Part shown: in pieces, positions 20,039-28,717 of the stretch
Layout: each line of letters starts with the position of its first letter
Position numbering within the stretch: the stretch's first letter is position 1
IMG/VR virus record: IMGVR_UViG_3300021093_000004
DNA from: a virus
Lineage: Duplodnaviria; Caudoviricetes
Length of the DNA stretch: 64,000 nt
Reading direction: 5' to 3' (one strand)
Translations under genes and position numbers: made by a program
Notes under the pieces: model-generated
Told to the model about the DNA's origin: nothing
The model's input: the letters and a program-made list of their open reading frames with translations, nothing else
The model's database searches: none

Positions 20039-20316
20039 AGCGTTTTTGTGTTGTGAACCAAGACCGACCGTCTGACACAGGGAGTTATCGGGAGTTGGTA
20101 GTACGGTGCCTAAAAGTGGCAACAATCTACTGTTAAACTCTGCTATCGCGTCCTAGACGACGGAGCATCGGGCGGCTGGTAGGTTGAGCCCCCTTTTTTT
20201 CCGACCGAGACCAAGACCGACCGAGACCGAGATTAACCAAGACCGACCGACTGACACAGGGAGTTATCGGGACGAGTGATCCCGAGACGACCAAAACCCA
20301 AACCAGGAGAGAGACC

Positions 20317-20502
20317 ATGGACAAGAAAGTGCTGATCGCCCTCGTTGAAGAAATCGTCACCGCTGTTGCCGCCAAGCACAGCCTCGAAGACGTCGAAGCC
20401 CGCGCGATGGTCGGCATCGCCCTCAAGAAGAACCGAACCGCCTTCGAGAACGCGGTGGTTCTCCCGACTCTCACGCTGGCCACGACGCCCGTTGTGGCCT
20501 AG
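20317..20502 (+). CDS. Hypothetical protein
   Basis: Motif at 20233, leader hairpin and AGGAG RBS. Confidence 0.7.
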   Translation: MDKKVLIALVEEIVTAVAAKHSLEDVEARAMVGIALKKNRTAFENAVVLPTLTLATTPVVA

Positions 20503-21015
20503 GATTCCTGGTTCGGGGGAGGGAGTGCTGGTCCCACCCCTCCCCCATTTTCTCTTGATTAACCGACCCCTCGATCCCGCCACAGGTGGGTATCGGGGAT
20601 CGCTTGCCACACAGTGGCATCGAGGATTTTTGGCCTGAAAATGCAGAGGTTTAATCACCGGAAGATACAGCCGTCAAATGGCTGCTTCGTGCTACAAACA
20701 ACTGCTGGCGGGCATGGTTGACACCAACACCTCCCAGATCTCTTGTAAACTAACTTCTTTTTTATATGGTTTGCCTCACGACCGCAGACGGTATTTCCAG
20801 ACAGGAAACACACCCCCTCTTCCTGCACGTACGTACGAGAGTCCGGCTGATCGCCGACGGCATACGAAAACAGCCGGACGAGGAGAACCCTTGCCCGGCT
20901 GTTTTCGTATGCGAACTGGATCTGTGGAGCCGTCTGCTGGTGAAATCGACGACGGCACACGAAGCAGCCGGACGAGGAGAACCCTTGCCCGGCTGCTTTC
21001 GGATCTGTGGCCTTT

Positions 21016-21414
21016 TCAGTTTCGTTCTTTGTCAATGATGATTCGGATTTCAGATTTTGTCGTGACGCCAAGCTCTTTGATGAGATCGGCAACGGTTGCG
21101 GTTTTGGCGTCGTCGTGCCGGATTTTCACAACGAAGGCAAAATCGACTATTTCTCCGTCGAGAATGATGGCTTCGAATGGGATTTCGTGAATGTCCGTGT
21201 CGGCATTGATTGCCGCAATTGTTTTGATGTGTTCTTCAAGTGTTTCGAAAAGTTCCTGGGCGACTTCTTCGAGTGGATGATCTTCTGGATTGCATCGTCC
21301 GTTGATCCAGAGTTCGTGGCTGTTCCACGAATACTCAATCCGTCTCCCATTGATTTTGCCAGCGATTCTTCCCGATTCACTGTGCCGTCGTGAAATGTCA
21401 ACGCGATTTTTCAT
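21016..21414 (-). CDS. Hypothetical protein
   Basis: Motif at 21471 and AGGAG RBS before ATG 21414. Confidence 0.7.
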   Translation of the reverse strand: MKNRVDISRRHSESGRIAGKINGRRIEYSWNSHELWINGRCNPEDHPLEEVAQELFETLEEHIKTIAAINADTDIHEIPFEAIILDGEIVDFAFVVKIRHDDAKTATVADLIKELGVTTKSEIRIIIDKERN

Positions 21415-21436
21415 TTCGTCTCCTGGTTTGGGTGTC

Positions 21437-21568
21437 GGTCGTCTCGGGATCACTCGTCCCGATAACTCCCTGTGTCAGAAGGAAAAAGGCGGTTAATTTT
21501 CCGGTCGTCTCGGGATCACTCGTCCCGATAACTCCCTGTGTCAGAAGGAAAAAGGCGGTTAATTTTCC
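21437..21568. repeat. Perfect 66-bp tandem duplication of a complete motif plus leader hairpin
   Basis: 21437-21502 = 21503-21568. Confidence 0.9.
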
Positions 21569-22332
21569 GGTTCACAGTCTCGAAGCCATCGCAGAAAAGC
21601 TTTGCGACATCTGCTTCTGGCCGTGGTCTGGGAAATGGCGTTCCCATTCTGTTTACCGACTGTTCTTTGTTGCCACAAAATGGCAGAGAGAAACCAAACC
21701 CAGGAGAATGCTCCCGTGCAAAAAGCAGAACTGGAAAACGGAGTAGCTCTGGCAAAGTCGCTCGTCCCGGAGGCCAAAGCCCTCATCGAAGCGGTGGTGA
21801 ACCTGCCACCGGAGACCAAGTATGAGCAAGCCAAACCACACCTAGCCAGGTTAGAGCGATTCGGCAGCAAGGCTGGCGAGCTGCCCACCACCATTCTCAG
21901 AGAGTACATCGAGCGGGACGTCTGGTTGTTAGAACACGGCATGCACCGACTGCAGGACTCTCACCAACGAGACGTCGAGTCGAGGAGTAGCTCTTGGTCC
22001 GGGGAGGGGTGTTGGTCCCGCCCCCGCCCTCTTCGCTGCGGTTAACCGGGGAATCGCCAGTTAGCGGAGATTGACTGATGCTCTCATTGCACTGTATGTG
22101 GTAACACGCTCTTTCTCAAGATCAAGCAAACGCTTGCAAAATGGGAGATCGACCATCACTGGAACGTCGGGATCTATCTTTATCTCCTTGACTTATTGTG
22201 TTGTTCATCCCTTCCTGCTGTTTGTTACAGCGGCTAGCCCTCGCGTTAATATCGGGAGGGCTGGCCGCTGCCCCCTCTCGCGAGGGGGCAGCTTTTCCAG
22301 AAAGGAAAGCCTAGGCGGGGGAAAGAGGAGGG

Positions 22333-22596
22333 TTAACTCTCCTCGTCGTAATCCGCCCAAGGAGCGAAAGCCCCCTCGTCATCGGAGGCAACCCAGCCGT
22401 CAATCCGAACGTGAGTCGATTCGCCGTTCTCGGAACCCAACCGCACCCGCACATCGCGAGTGTAGGCGGTGTCCTTTGGGTTGGCGATGGAGAGTTGGAC
22501 CGGCAAATCCGGTCCGTTCAACAGTTCTCGTGCGAGTTCGTGGCTGGTCATGCTTCCCCCCGGTAAAGCTTGTTGATGGTTCGGTTCACGTTGCAT
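22333..22596 (-). CDS. Hypothetical protein
   Basis: Motif at 22637 and AGGA RBS. Confidence 0.6.
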   Translation of the reverse strand: MQREPNHQQALPGGSMTSHELARELLNGPDLPVQLSIANPKDTAYTRDVRVRLGSENGESTHVRIDGWVASDDEGAFAPWADYDEES

Positions 22597-22645
22597 GGTC
22601 TTGGTCCTCTTGTGTCCTGAATGCCCGGTACTCCCTTGTGGCAGT

Positions 22646-22939
22646 TCACGCCACGAGGTTAAGGTCGCCCTCTCGAACCCCAAGGACGAGGACTTCGGCA
22701 GCCGGACCGTACCACGTGACGATGCTGTAGCCCTCTTTTTGGGCTGCGAGCACTTGATCGACGATCCCCACAACGTCGTCACCGCCAATGTGGTTCTGGG
22801 TCATGAATCCGAAGACAATGGCCTTGATGTCGAGGGCATTCACCGCGTCCATCGTGGCTTGATCGACGCCCACGTCGTCGTCGTCGTCGTCAACGCCACT
22901 CAACACCGCCCAGAGTTTCTTTTGGCTGATCGTGAGCAT
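22646..22939 (-). CDS. Acidic hypothetical protein, paralogue of 16144-16425
   Basis: Motif at 22999 and AGGAG RBS; sequence similarity. Confidence 0.8.
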   Translation of the reverse strand: MLTISQKKLWAVLSGVDDDDDDVGVDQATMDAVNALDIKAIVFGFMTQNHIGGDDVVGIVDQVLAAQKEGYSIVTWYGPAAEVLVLGVREGDLNLVA

Positions 22940-23299
22940 TGGTCTCTCCTGGTTTGGGTTTCGGTCCTGTCTCGGGATCACTCGTCCCGATACGCACCTG
23001 TGGCAGAAGGAAAAGGGCGGTTAACTGGCGATTCCCCGGTTAACCGGCGAACAGCCGCCGCCACATCGCCGATGCACGAAGCAGAACGAGCAACCGACGA
23101 GACAATTAACCAATACACCACAGTCCGCCGAGTCCGCTGCATCGGCTGGTAATCGTCTCTCCTGGTCCGGGGAGGGGTGCTGGTCCCACCCCTCCCCCTC
23201 TGTTAACTATGGAGAGTCGTTTGCCACATTTGTCCTGCTCGGACATTGACTTCATCGATGTTATAAACTCGATAGCCGCCCTTTGTGGGAGTTAAAGCG

Positions 23300-23641
23300 A
23301 TGGCAAAGCGAACGATTGAACTCGATAAGGCTGAATGGCGAGCAGCCTGCATGCGTGACGCGGACAAGTGCAGCGAGCTGTCCGAGGCAATGGATATGTC
23401 ACGCGAGGACGGCGACGACCCCAGCGATTGGAACGTTACAAAGTTGCTGCGGACGGCGTGCGAGTGTTTGGAGTTTTTTAACAGTGGCACTGCAGCCGAT
23501 GGACTGCGACGCGGCTGCAAGTCTACCATTCGCCAGCACCGCGAACTGATCGCGTTCATTCGCAAGTGGACAGCACTACTCAACGAACGCAAGCAATGGC
23601 TGCATCGCTCACCATCAATTAGCCGGGAACCAAAATGGTGA
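23300..23641 (+). CDS. Hypothetical protein
   Basis: Motif at 23203 and GGGAG RBS. Confidence 0.6.
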   Translation: MAKRTIELDKAEWRAACMRDADKCSELSEAMDMSREDGDDPSDWNVTKLLRTACECLEFFNSGTAADGLRRGCKSTIRQHRELIAFIRKWTALLNERKQWLHRSPSISREPKW

Positions 23642-23735
23642 CGACCGCAGACGGCATTTCCAGACAGGAAACACACCCGAAAGCAGCCGGGCAAGGGTTC
23701 TCCTCGTCCGGCTGCTTCGTGTGCCGTCGTCGATT

Positions 23736-24077
23736 TCACCAGAAATCGGCTTTGTGTTCGTTCCAGTCGTCGACGGTCGCGATGATGATGGGCGTCGGGA
23801 TCGGAAAGCCCTCTTTGTCGAAATCGATCAGCGGTTGCGGCTCATCGCTGAACACCGTGTCTCGTGGCACAACTCGCAGCTTGGCAACGCAGTTTTTCCA
23901 TGAGTCAGGGTCTGTGAGCCAGACAGCAGCGTTTTCGTCTTCCCAGTCGTCGACGTCGGCAACGTCAATCTCGACGGCTTGTCCTTCTTGTGCTTCCGGG
24001 ATGCTGTCACAGCATCCTTCAAGAAACAAATAAGCGGTGTCGCGGTCTTCAACGAGCAGTTTTCCGGCGTGTCGCAT
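23736..24077 (-). CDS. Acidic hypothetical protein
   Basis: Motif at 24122 and AGGAG RBS. Confidence 0.7.
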   Translation of the reverse strand: MRHAGKLLVEDRDTAYLFLEGCCDSIPEAQEGQAVEIDVADVDDWEDENAAVWLTDPDSWKNCVAKLRVVPRDTVFSDEPQPLIDFDKEGFPIPTPIIIATVDDWNEHKADFW

Positions 24078-24158
24078 TGCGGTCTCCTGGTTTTGGTTTC
24101 GAAATCTCCCCGATTCCCTGTTGTGGCAGGGAATCGGGGGGCGGTCAAATCGGGTGCG

Positions 24159-24356
24159 TCACCATTTCATGAAGATGGTCACGAGCTTTTCATCGTTTTC
24201 GGTCAGAGCATCGGAGTCAATGTCTTCGAGATTGGTTCCCGGTGGCTCGATGACAAATCGCTCTGCACTGCCGGAGCAGCCATTCACGACGAGGACTTCC
24301 GCGTCCCCGGCTGGCGGAAGTGAGGCAAAGTGTTGTGCGGCTTCTGCGTTGGTCAT
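24159..24356 (-). CDS. Acidic hypothetical protein
   Basis: Motif at 24412 and AAGGAG RBS. Confidence 0.7.
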   Translation of the reverse strand: MTNAEAAQHFASLPPAGDAEVLVVNGCSGSAERFVIEPPGTNLEDIDSDALTENDEKLVTIFMKW

Positions 24357-24490
24357 TCTGGTCTTTCTCCTTGAGGTTTTCTTCGAGGATCACCCGTCCC
24401 CGATGCCCTTTTGTGGCAGGCACCGGGGGTTCGGTCAATTCTGAACTTCGCCGCGTCTCGCGTCGGTTCTGCTCCACGCTCGGCGAGGAT

Positions 24491-24524
<34 letters not shown>

Positions 24525-24607
24525 AAGAGGGTCGTATTAACCGGGGGTCTCCTCCTGCCACATCTGGGTATCGGGAAGACCATTCAAAACCGAAAGGACC
24601 AGGACCA

Positions 24608-25075
24608 ATGATCACACGCGACTTCATCACCGCTGGCAAGGCCAGCTTCACCGTGTCGAATGGCAAAGGCGAGCGTTACACGTTCCGCGTGACCCACAAA
24701 GAGGCCAGCGGAACCTACCCCGCGACGTGGTTCGTCGCCCTCCTCACCGGACCAGATAACACCAGCGACTACACCTACATGGGCATGCTCAACCCGACCG
24801 AAGGGACGGTACGACTCACCCGCAACAGCAAGTTCGCAGAGGACAGCACCCCGGTTCGCGTCATCCGATGGGCTTTGGGCATCGTCTGGAACAGCAAGGA
24901 ATTCCCCTCCGGCTACAAGCTCCAGCACGAAGGGAAATGCGGACGATGCGGACGGATGCTCACCGTCCCAGAGTCGATCGAGAGCGGCATCGGTCCGGAA
25001 TGTGCCAAACTGATGAAAGCCAAGCAACAGCGCACTCAGCGGCAACACACTCTGACGCCCGTTGGTGCGGAGTGA
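24608..25075 (+). CDS. DUF6011-like protein with C-terminal Zn motif
   Basis: FITAGKASFTV, LTGPDNTSDYTYMG, CGRCGRMLTVPESIESGIGPEC; motif at 24537. Confidence 0.7.
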   Translation: MITRDFITAGKASFTVSNGKGERYTFRVTHKEASGTYPATWFVALLTGPDNTSDYTYMGMLNPTEGTVRLTRNSKFAEDSTPVRVIRWALGIVWNSKEFPSGYKLQHEGKCGRCGRMLTVPESIESGIGPECAKLMKAKQQRTQRQHTLTPVGAE

Positions 25076-25178
25076 CAACCCTCACGGGGCGGTTGGGGTT
25101 AACCCAACCGCCTGGATGGCCATCTCGGACGAGGCGAAAGCCCACTACCGCAACCAACGCGAAATTTCACATATTTCT

Positions 25179-26849
25179 TTATAAATAGCTGTGGATTTTT
25201 ATTTCAATGTCAAATTCTCGTAATATACTAAAAAAACTCTTAGAAATAAATTCAAAATTAATATTGATCTCATCTTCAATCCACTCAGCAATTCGATCGG
25301 CTGGCAATTTGCTAGGTCCATAACGAATGCTCGAAATATCTTTCATTTTGTCCCAATCAAAATAATGATTTGGTACTAACTGTCGAATTAATTTTATTGA
25401 TTTACTAAGATCCTCAATCCAAATTATTCTATATTCAGAATCAGGTAATCGTTTTAAATCTCTTAAAACATATCTTAAAGTATTAACAATTTCCCAAACA
25501 TGCATTTCAATAGGAGACATATCACAATTTGGACAAATTCTATAATGATTCTGCTCATAAGAACCGTCACCAAAATCTCGATGTAATGTATAAGCACTAA
25601 GTTGATAATGCACTGGAAATTTATGCAATTGATTACCCCAGCATGAAAAATTACGAAGTCTTGATCTAATCAAATCAAATGGATTTCGTAACAATAAAAC
25701 AAATTTGGAATTCCTAACTTTTTCCTTAATTTCTGGGACAAAAAAGCTTAATCTATGATTAACCTCACAAATAAATTGAACATCTAATCTATTATAGATA
25801 TCACAACATGCTTCAATAAACCCATCAGACGATTCACCCAACCATTTAGCTAAAGCTGCTTTTGACATCCCATGACTATACTCATGTCTTACCCAACAAC
25901 TATGCCTACACGAATTCCGAAATATCTCCGCAAGAGTGTGTGTACCAGCTCTTTCTAAACCTACTCCAAAAATATGTGCTGGTTCATCATTTTTATGAAC
26001 ATTATGTCTAAATTGTTTTGCTGGTTGACTATCGACTTTTGTTAAATGCGACAACTTTGGCAGACCGGCAAAATGTGCGATAACCACACCTTGATTATCA
26101 TAGGCTACTTGATCAATTGTATCTCCGCCCATGCTTTTTGGTCCATATGGCCACCTATATTGTTTATACGCATCATACGCATTTCGTTTGGGATTATGGT
26201 TCCATTGTGGTTTTTTTATAATCTTATTCAATATATCTAGATCTCGCATAGCCCACAACAAAGCACCTTGATCATATAATTTCACTTTTTCTCTTAAATC
26301 TGACCTATTCGATATTATTTCAACTTTATATTTCCACATATCAACAATAAACTTATCACGTGGTAACATCATACCAACTACGCCAGAATTTAATGATAAT
26401 TCATTTTCTTCTTTAGTAAATTCTCTATGTGGTATAAATTCAGCATAAAGAGATTCATCATTCAAGCATGTTTCTGGCGCAAAATAATCTCTAACCACAA
26501 AGAAATCGTCAACTATTTTTTCGAGCATTGGGTGCGGATCGCCAACTATCACTATATCAGAATCTAACCATAAAATCACGTTAGCATTAAAATGATCTGC
26601 AGCCATCTGTATCAAATTAGGCTTATACCATTGTACCCACCTATTTCCGAATTTTTCGGCAATGGCTTTTTGCTCATCGCTAGGTATATGAAAGATTAAT
26701 ATATCTTGTGGTAATTGCGGTTCAGCGTCGAATCCCAATGGTATTGCTATAAGCTTCACACTACTGAATCTTCGGATAGATTTATATAGCAAAGTAAAAT
26801 CAGTGATAAAATCCGGTGTAAATGCTGTAATTATAGCTAAATGGTTCAT
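25179..26849 (-). CDS. Glycosyltransferase (GT-A, GT8-like) fused to a sulfotransferase-like P-loop domain
   Basis: LWLDSDIVIVGD, NSGVV, DQGAL, HFAG; C-terminal IFGVGLERAGTHTL; AT-rich. Confidence 0.65.
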   Translation of the reverse strand: MNHLAIITAFTPDFITDFTLLYKSIRRFSSVKLIAIPLGFDAEPQLPQDILIFHIPSDEQKAIAEKFGNRWVQWYKPNLIQMAADHFNANVILWLDSDIVIVGDPHPMLEKIVDDFFVVRDYFAPETCLNDESLYAEFIPHREFTKEENELSLNSGVVGMMLPRDKFIVDMWKYKVEIISNRSDLREKVKLYDQGALLWAMRDLDILNKIIKKPQWNHNPKRNAYDAYKQYRWPYGPKSMGGDTIDQVAYDNQGVVIAHFAGLPKLSHLTKVDSQPAKQFRHNVHKNDEPAHIFGVGLERAGTHTLAEIFRNSCRHSCWVRHEYSHGMSKAALAKWLGESSDGFIEACCDIYNRLDVQFICEVNHRLSFFVPEIKEKVRNSKFVLLLRNPFDLIRSRLRNFSCWGNQLHKFPVHYQLSAYTLHRDFGDGSYEQNHYRICPNCDMSPIEMHVWEIVNTLRYVLRDLKRLPDSEYRIIWIEDLSKSIKLIRQLVPNHYFDWDKMKDISSIRYGPSKLPADRIAEWIEDEININFEFISKSFFSILREFDIEIKIHSYL

Positions 26850-27658
26850 TGCCAGCCTCCCTTTCTGGCGATGATAATATCGTGCCCAGTTAGTGCCAGT
26901 TTAGAATCACACCATTGACCATATCGAATTGGCTCCTTTATCATCAACGAACTACGGATGAAAACTCGTCGTAATGCCTGTTCTGGCAGTGCGACATTCA
27001 GTAACGGTCGGTCTTCATATTCAAACCAACCGTCATCGTGATGATATTGAAATCGAAATGGTCGTTTGGCCTTTCCAGATTCAAGAAATGTCATAGATTG
27101 TTGGTTTAATAGAACGAATGTGCCAAAGAAGATTCCTTTAGGTCTCAATATTCTCGATACTTGCCTAATATATTGTGCGGCCCATTTGAATTGGAAATGA
27201 TTGAACAATCCTAACGCAACAACCAAATCAAATTGGCGATTGGCATACGGAAGTTCGACCGTTACCGGGTCAATTACGCCAGATGGGTTGAATTCATCAT
27301 GTTGAACGTCAAATTGGTCGAATGTAAATGATTTTGGATATGTTTCTCGACAATAATCAATGTAACCTTTATTATTGTCAAGGCCGGTGTATCGACCCTT
27401 ATCAAGAAAGTCGATTAACTGTTTGGCTAGTCGCCCGGTTCCGCAACCGATATCGAGAATTTTAGAGCCAGAATGAAGACCGGCATGCTCGATCAGCAGA
27501 CGATGATATTGCTTCCCAATAACATCAAAAACTGGATTATAAGGATTTATCCCGCCAAGAGGCTTGGTATTAGACGAGTCGAATTTTAGTTCGCCCAGCC
27601 GAACTGCTGGCGGTTGGCCTACAACCGCTGTTGCTTCCTTGATCGGATTGTCTTCCAT
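26846..27658 (-). CDS. Class I SAM-dependent methyltransferase
   Basis: KILDIGCGTGRLA, FDLVVALGLFNH. Confidence 0.9.
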   Translation of the reverse strand: MEDNPIKEATAVVGQPPAVRLGELKFDSSNTKPLGGINPYNPVFDVIGKQYHRLLIEHAGLHSGSKILDIGCGTGRLAKQLIDFLDKGRYTGLDNNKGYIDYCRETYPKSFTFDQFDVQHDEFNPSGVIDPVTVELPYANRQFDLVVALGLFNHFQFKWAAQYIRQVSRILRPKGIFFGTFVLLNQQSMTFLESGKAKRPFRFQYHHDDGWFEYEDRPLLNVALPEQALRRVFIRSSLMIKEPIRYGQWCDSKLALTGHDIIIARKGGWQ

Positions 27659-27963
27659 TCGCCTTCTCGCAATTCACGGATTTCAAGGGATGCAGAATGT
27701 GAAGCCATTTCCTGATCAAAGCGTTTTTGCATATCCGACAATGAGCCTTCAACTAGCTTCTTGCCAGAAACAAATAATGCCGCTGATCGTTCTGCGTCGG
27801 TCTTAATAGGAGGGTCGAGACGAATGGTGTCCAAAGTTTTTAGAATCAAGTCATTGTCCGCATACGCTGGAACAATCGATCCGGTGGCTAATCCCCTGAC
27901 TTGAAACAAAAACTTATCTCGCAAGAGATCATTTTCAAATGTAAATAGAATGGTCTTCGGCAT
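27619..27963 (-). CDS. Hypothetical protein
   Basis: 114-aa ORF, operon-like spacing. Confidence 0.6.
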   Translation of the reverse strand: MPKTILFTFENDLLRDKFLFQVRGLATGSIVPAYADNDLILKTLDTIRLDPPIKTDAERSAALFVSGKKLVEGSLSDMQKRFDQEMASHSASLEIRELREGEWKTIRSRKQQRL

Positions 27964-28007
27964 TATAAGCTCCTTGTTGAGACGAATGTATCTACTGAAG
28001 GAAGAAT

Positions 28008-28385
28008 ATGAAGCAACAACAAGTCAATAAGAAAAGTGCTAAGCCTGGCCCTCAAATTATTGATAATCGACAAAGGGCCATTCCAGAAATTCAAATTGAC
28101 CCCTCTGTAGCCAATCTGCCCCTTAGAGCCGTGTTCTATGTCGAAGTCGGCGACATGGAAACATTGCGGATTCAGTTGTTGGTTAAGGAGATTAACAGAC
28201 AATACACCGGAGCACGCGGAGGCGTTCATTACGTTGTACCAATTAGACACGGCAAGATTGGTACGGATATTGTATTTGAACAAGAATTCCTTGATGTCGT
28301 AAATAAAATGTGCGAAGTCAAGGATGGGCAAATTGTTCTCAAGGATGGTGCCACCGAAGTGAACGTCGTTCGTGAAACGATCTAA
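28008..28385 (+). CDS. Hypothetical protein
   Basis: 125-aa ORF with RBS. Confidence 0.7.
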   Translation: MKQQQVNKKSAKPGPQIIDNRQRAIPEIQIDPSVANLPLRAVFYVEVGDMETLRIQLLVKEINRQYTGARGGVHYVVPIRHGKIGTDIVFEQEFLDVVNKMCEVKDGQIVLKDGATEVNVVRETI

Positions 28386-28396
28386 TTGGGGATCAC

Positions 28397-28717
28397 ATGG
28401 CAAAAAGCAACATTAGCACAGGTATTGAACAATTGGTAGGTGCTCGTTCCACACCCAGCGAAAAGCAGATAGAACAACATGAACGTGCTTGGAGAGATAT
28501 ACGAAATAAGCTCGATTCTATGTTGATCGGCACCAATGTCATCAAAGGTGACACAGTGCGAAAGCAATGCCAAGAATTAGACAGCCTCGACCAAGAAGGC
28601 AGATACAATCATATCGTCGCCCGCTGGGGAAAGCAGTACGCCGAACGTTCCCGGCCTTTGCTGCATCAGCTTGACTCTGTAGAGCGAGAAATTGCCAGAT
28701 TTAAGTCTGAAGACTAG
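28397..28717 (+). CDS. Hypothetical protein
   Basis: 106-aa ORF. Confidence 0.65.
   Translation: MAKSNISTGIEQLVGARSTPSEKQIEQHERAWRDIRNKLDSMLIGTNVIKGDTVRKQCQELDSLDQEGRYNHIVARWGKQYAERSRPLLHQLDSVEREIARFKSED

Larger units (their letters stand above)
22040..23045. repeat. 24-bp perfect inverted repeats bracketing a 1-kb two-gene segment
   Basis: GGTTAACCGGGGAATCGCCAGTTA (22040-22063) and its reverse complement (23022-23045). Confidence 0.85.
1184..23197. repeat. Dispersed GC-rich hairpin family with conserved loop, GGGGTG-CTGGTC(C/T)-CACCCC (8 copies)
   Basis: Copies at 1184-1213, 7530-7558, 9776-9806, 12339-12370, 19581-19607 (reverse), 20515-20546, 22001-22029 (degenerate), 23169-23197. Outer stems vary while the loop is conserved. 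Each sits between an ORF end and a TTAA-type element. Confidence 0.85.
16514..23714. repeat. Structured repeat family: GACGG(T/C)ATTTCCAGACAGGAAACACACCC block and CAGCCGG-ACGAGGAGAACCCTTGC-CCGGCTG hairpin
   Basis: About 73-nt identity between 16514-16587 and 20773-20846, partial copy at 23641-23678; hairpin copies at 16635-16665, 20871-20901, 20965-20995, 23684-23714 (reverse). Confidence 0.85.
14726..24438 (-). promoter_or_regulatory. Same motif, minus-strand copies (TGTGGCA-N13(14)-GGTTAA on +)
   Basis: Heptamer starts on + at 14726, 16024, 16818, 17228, 17543, 19551, 21471, 21537, 22637, 22999, 24122, 24412. Most lie upstream of minus-strand ORFs with TCTCCT (reverse RBS). None was seen before 14.7 kb. 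Confidence 0.85.

Noticed and set aside
1184-23197. REP/MITE or IS elements
   Set aside because: No GTAG-type REP foot, terminal inverted repeats with target duplications, or transposase was found.
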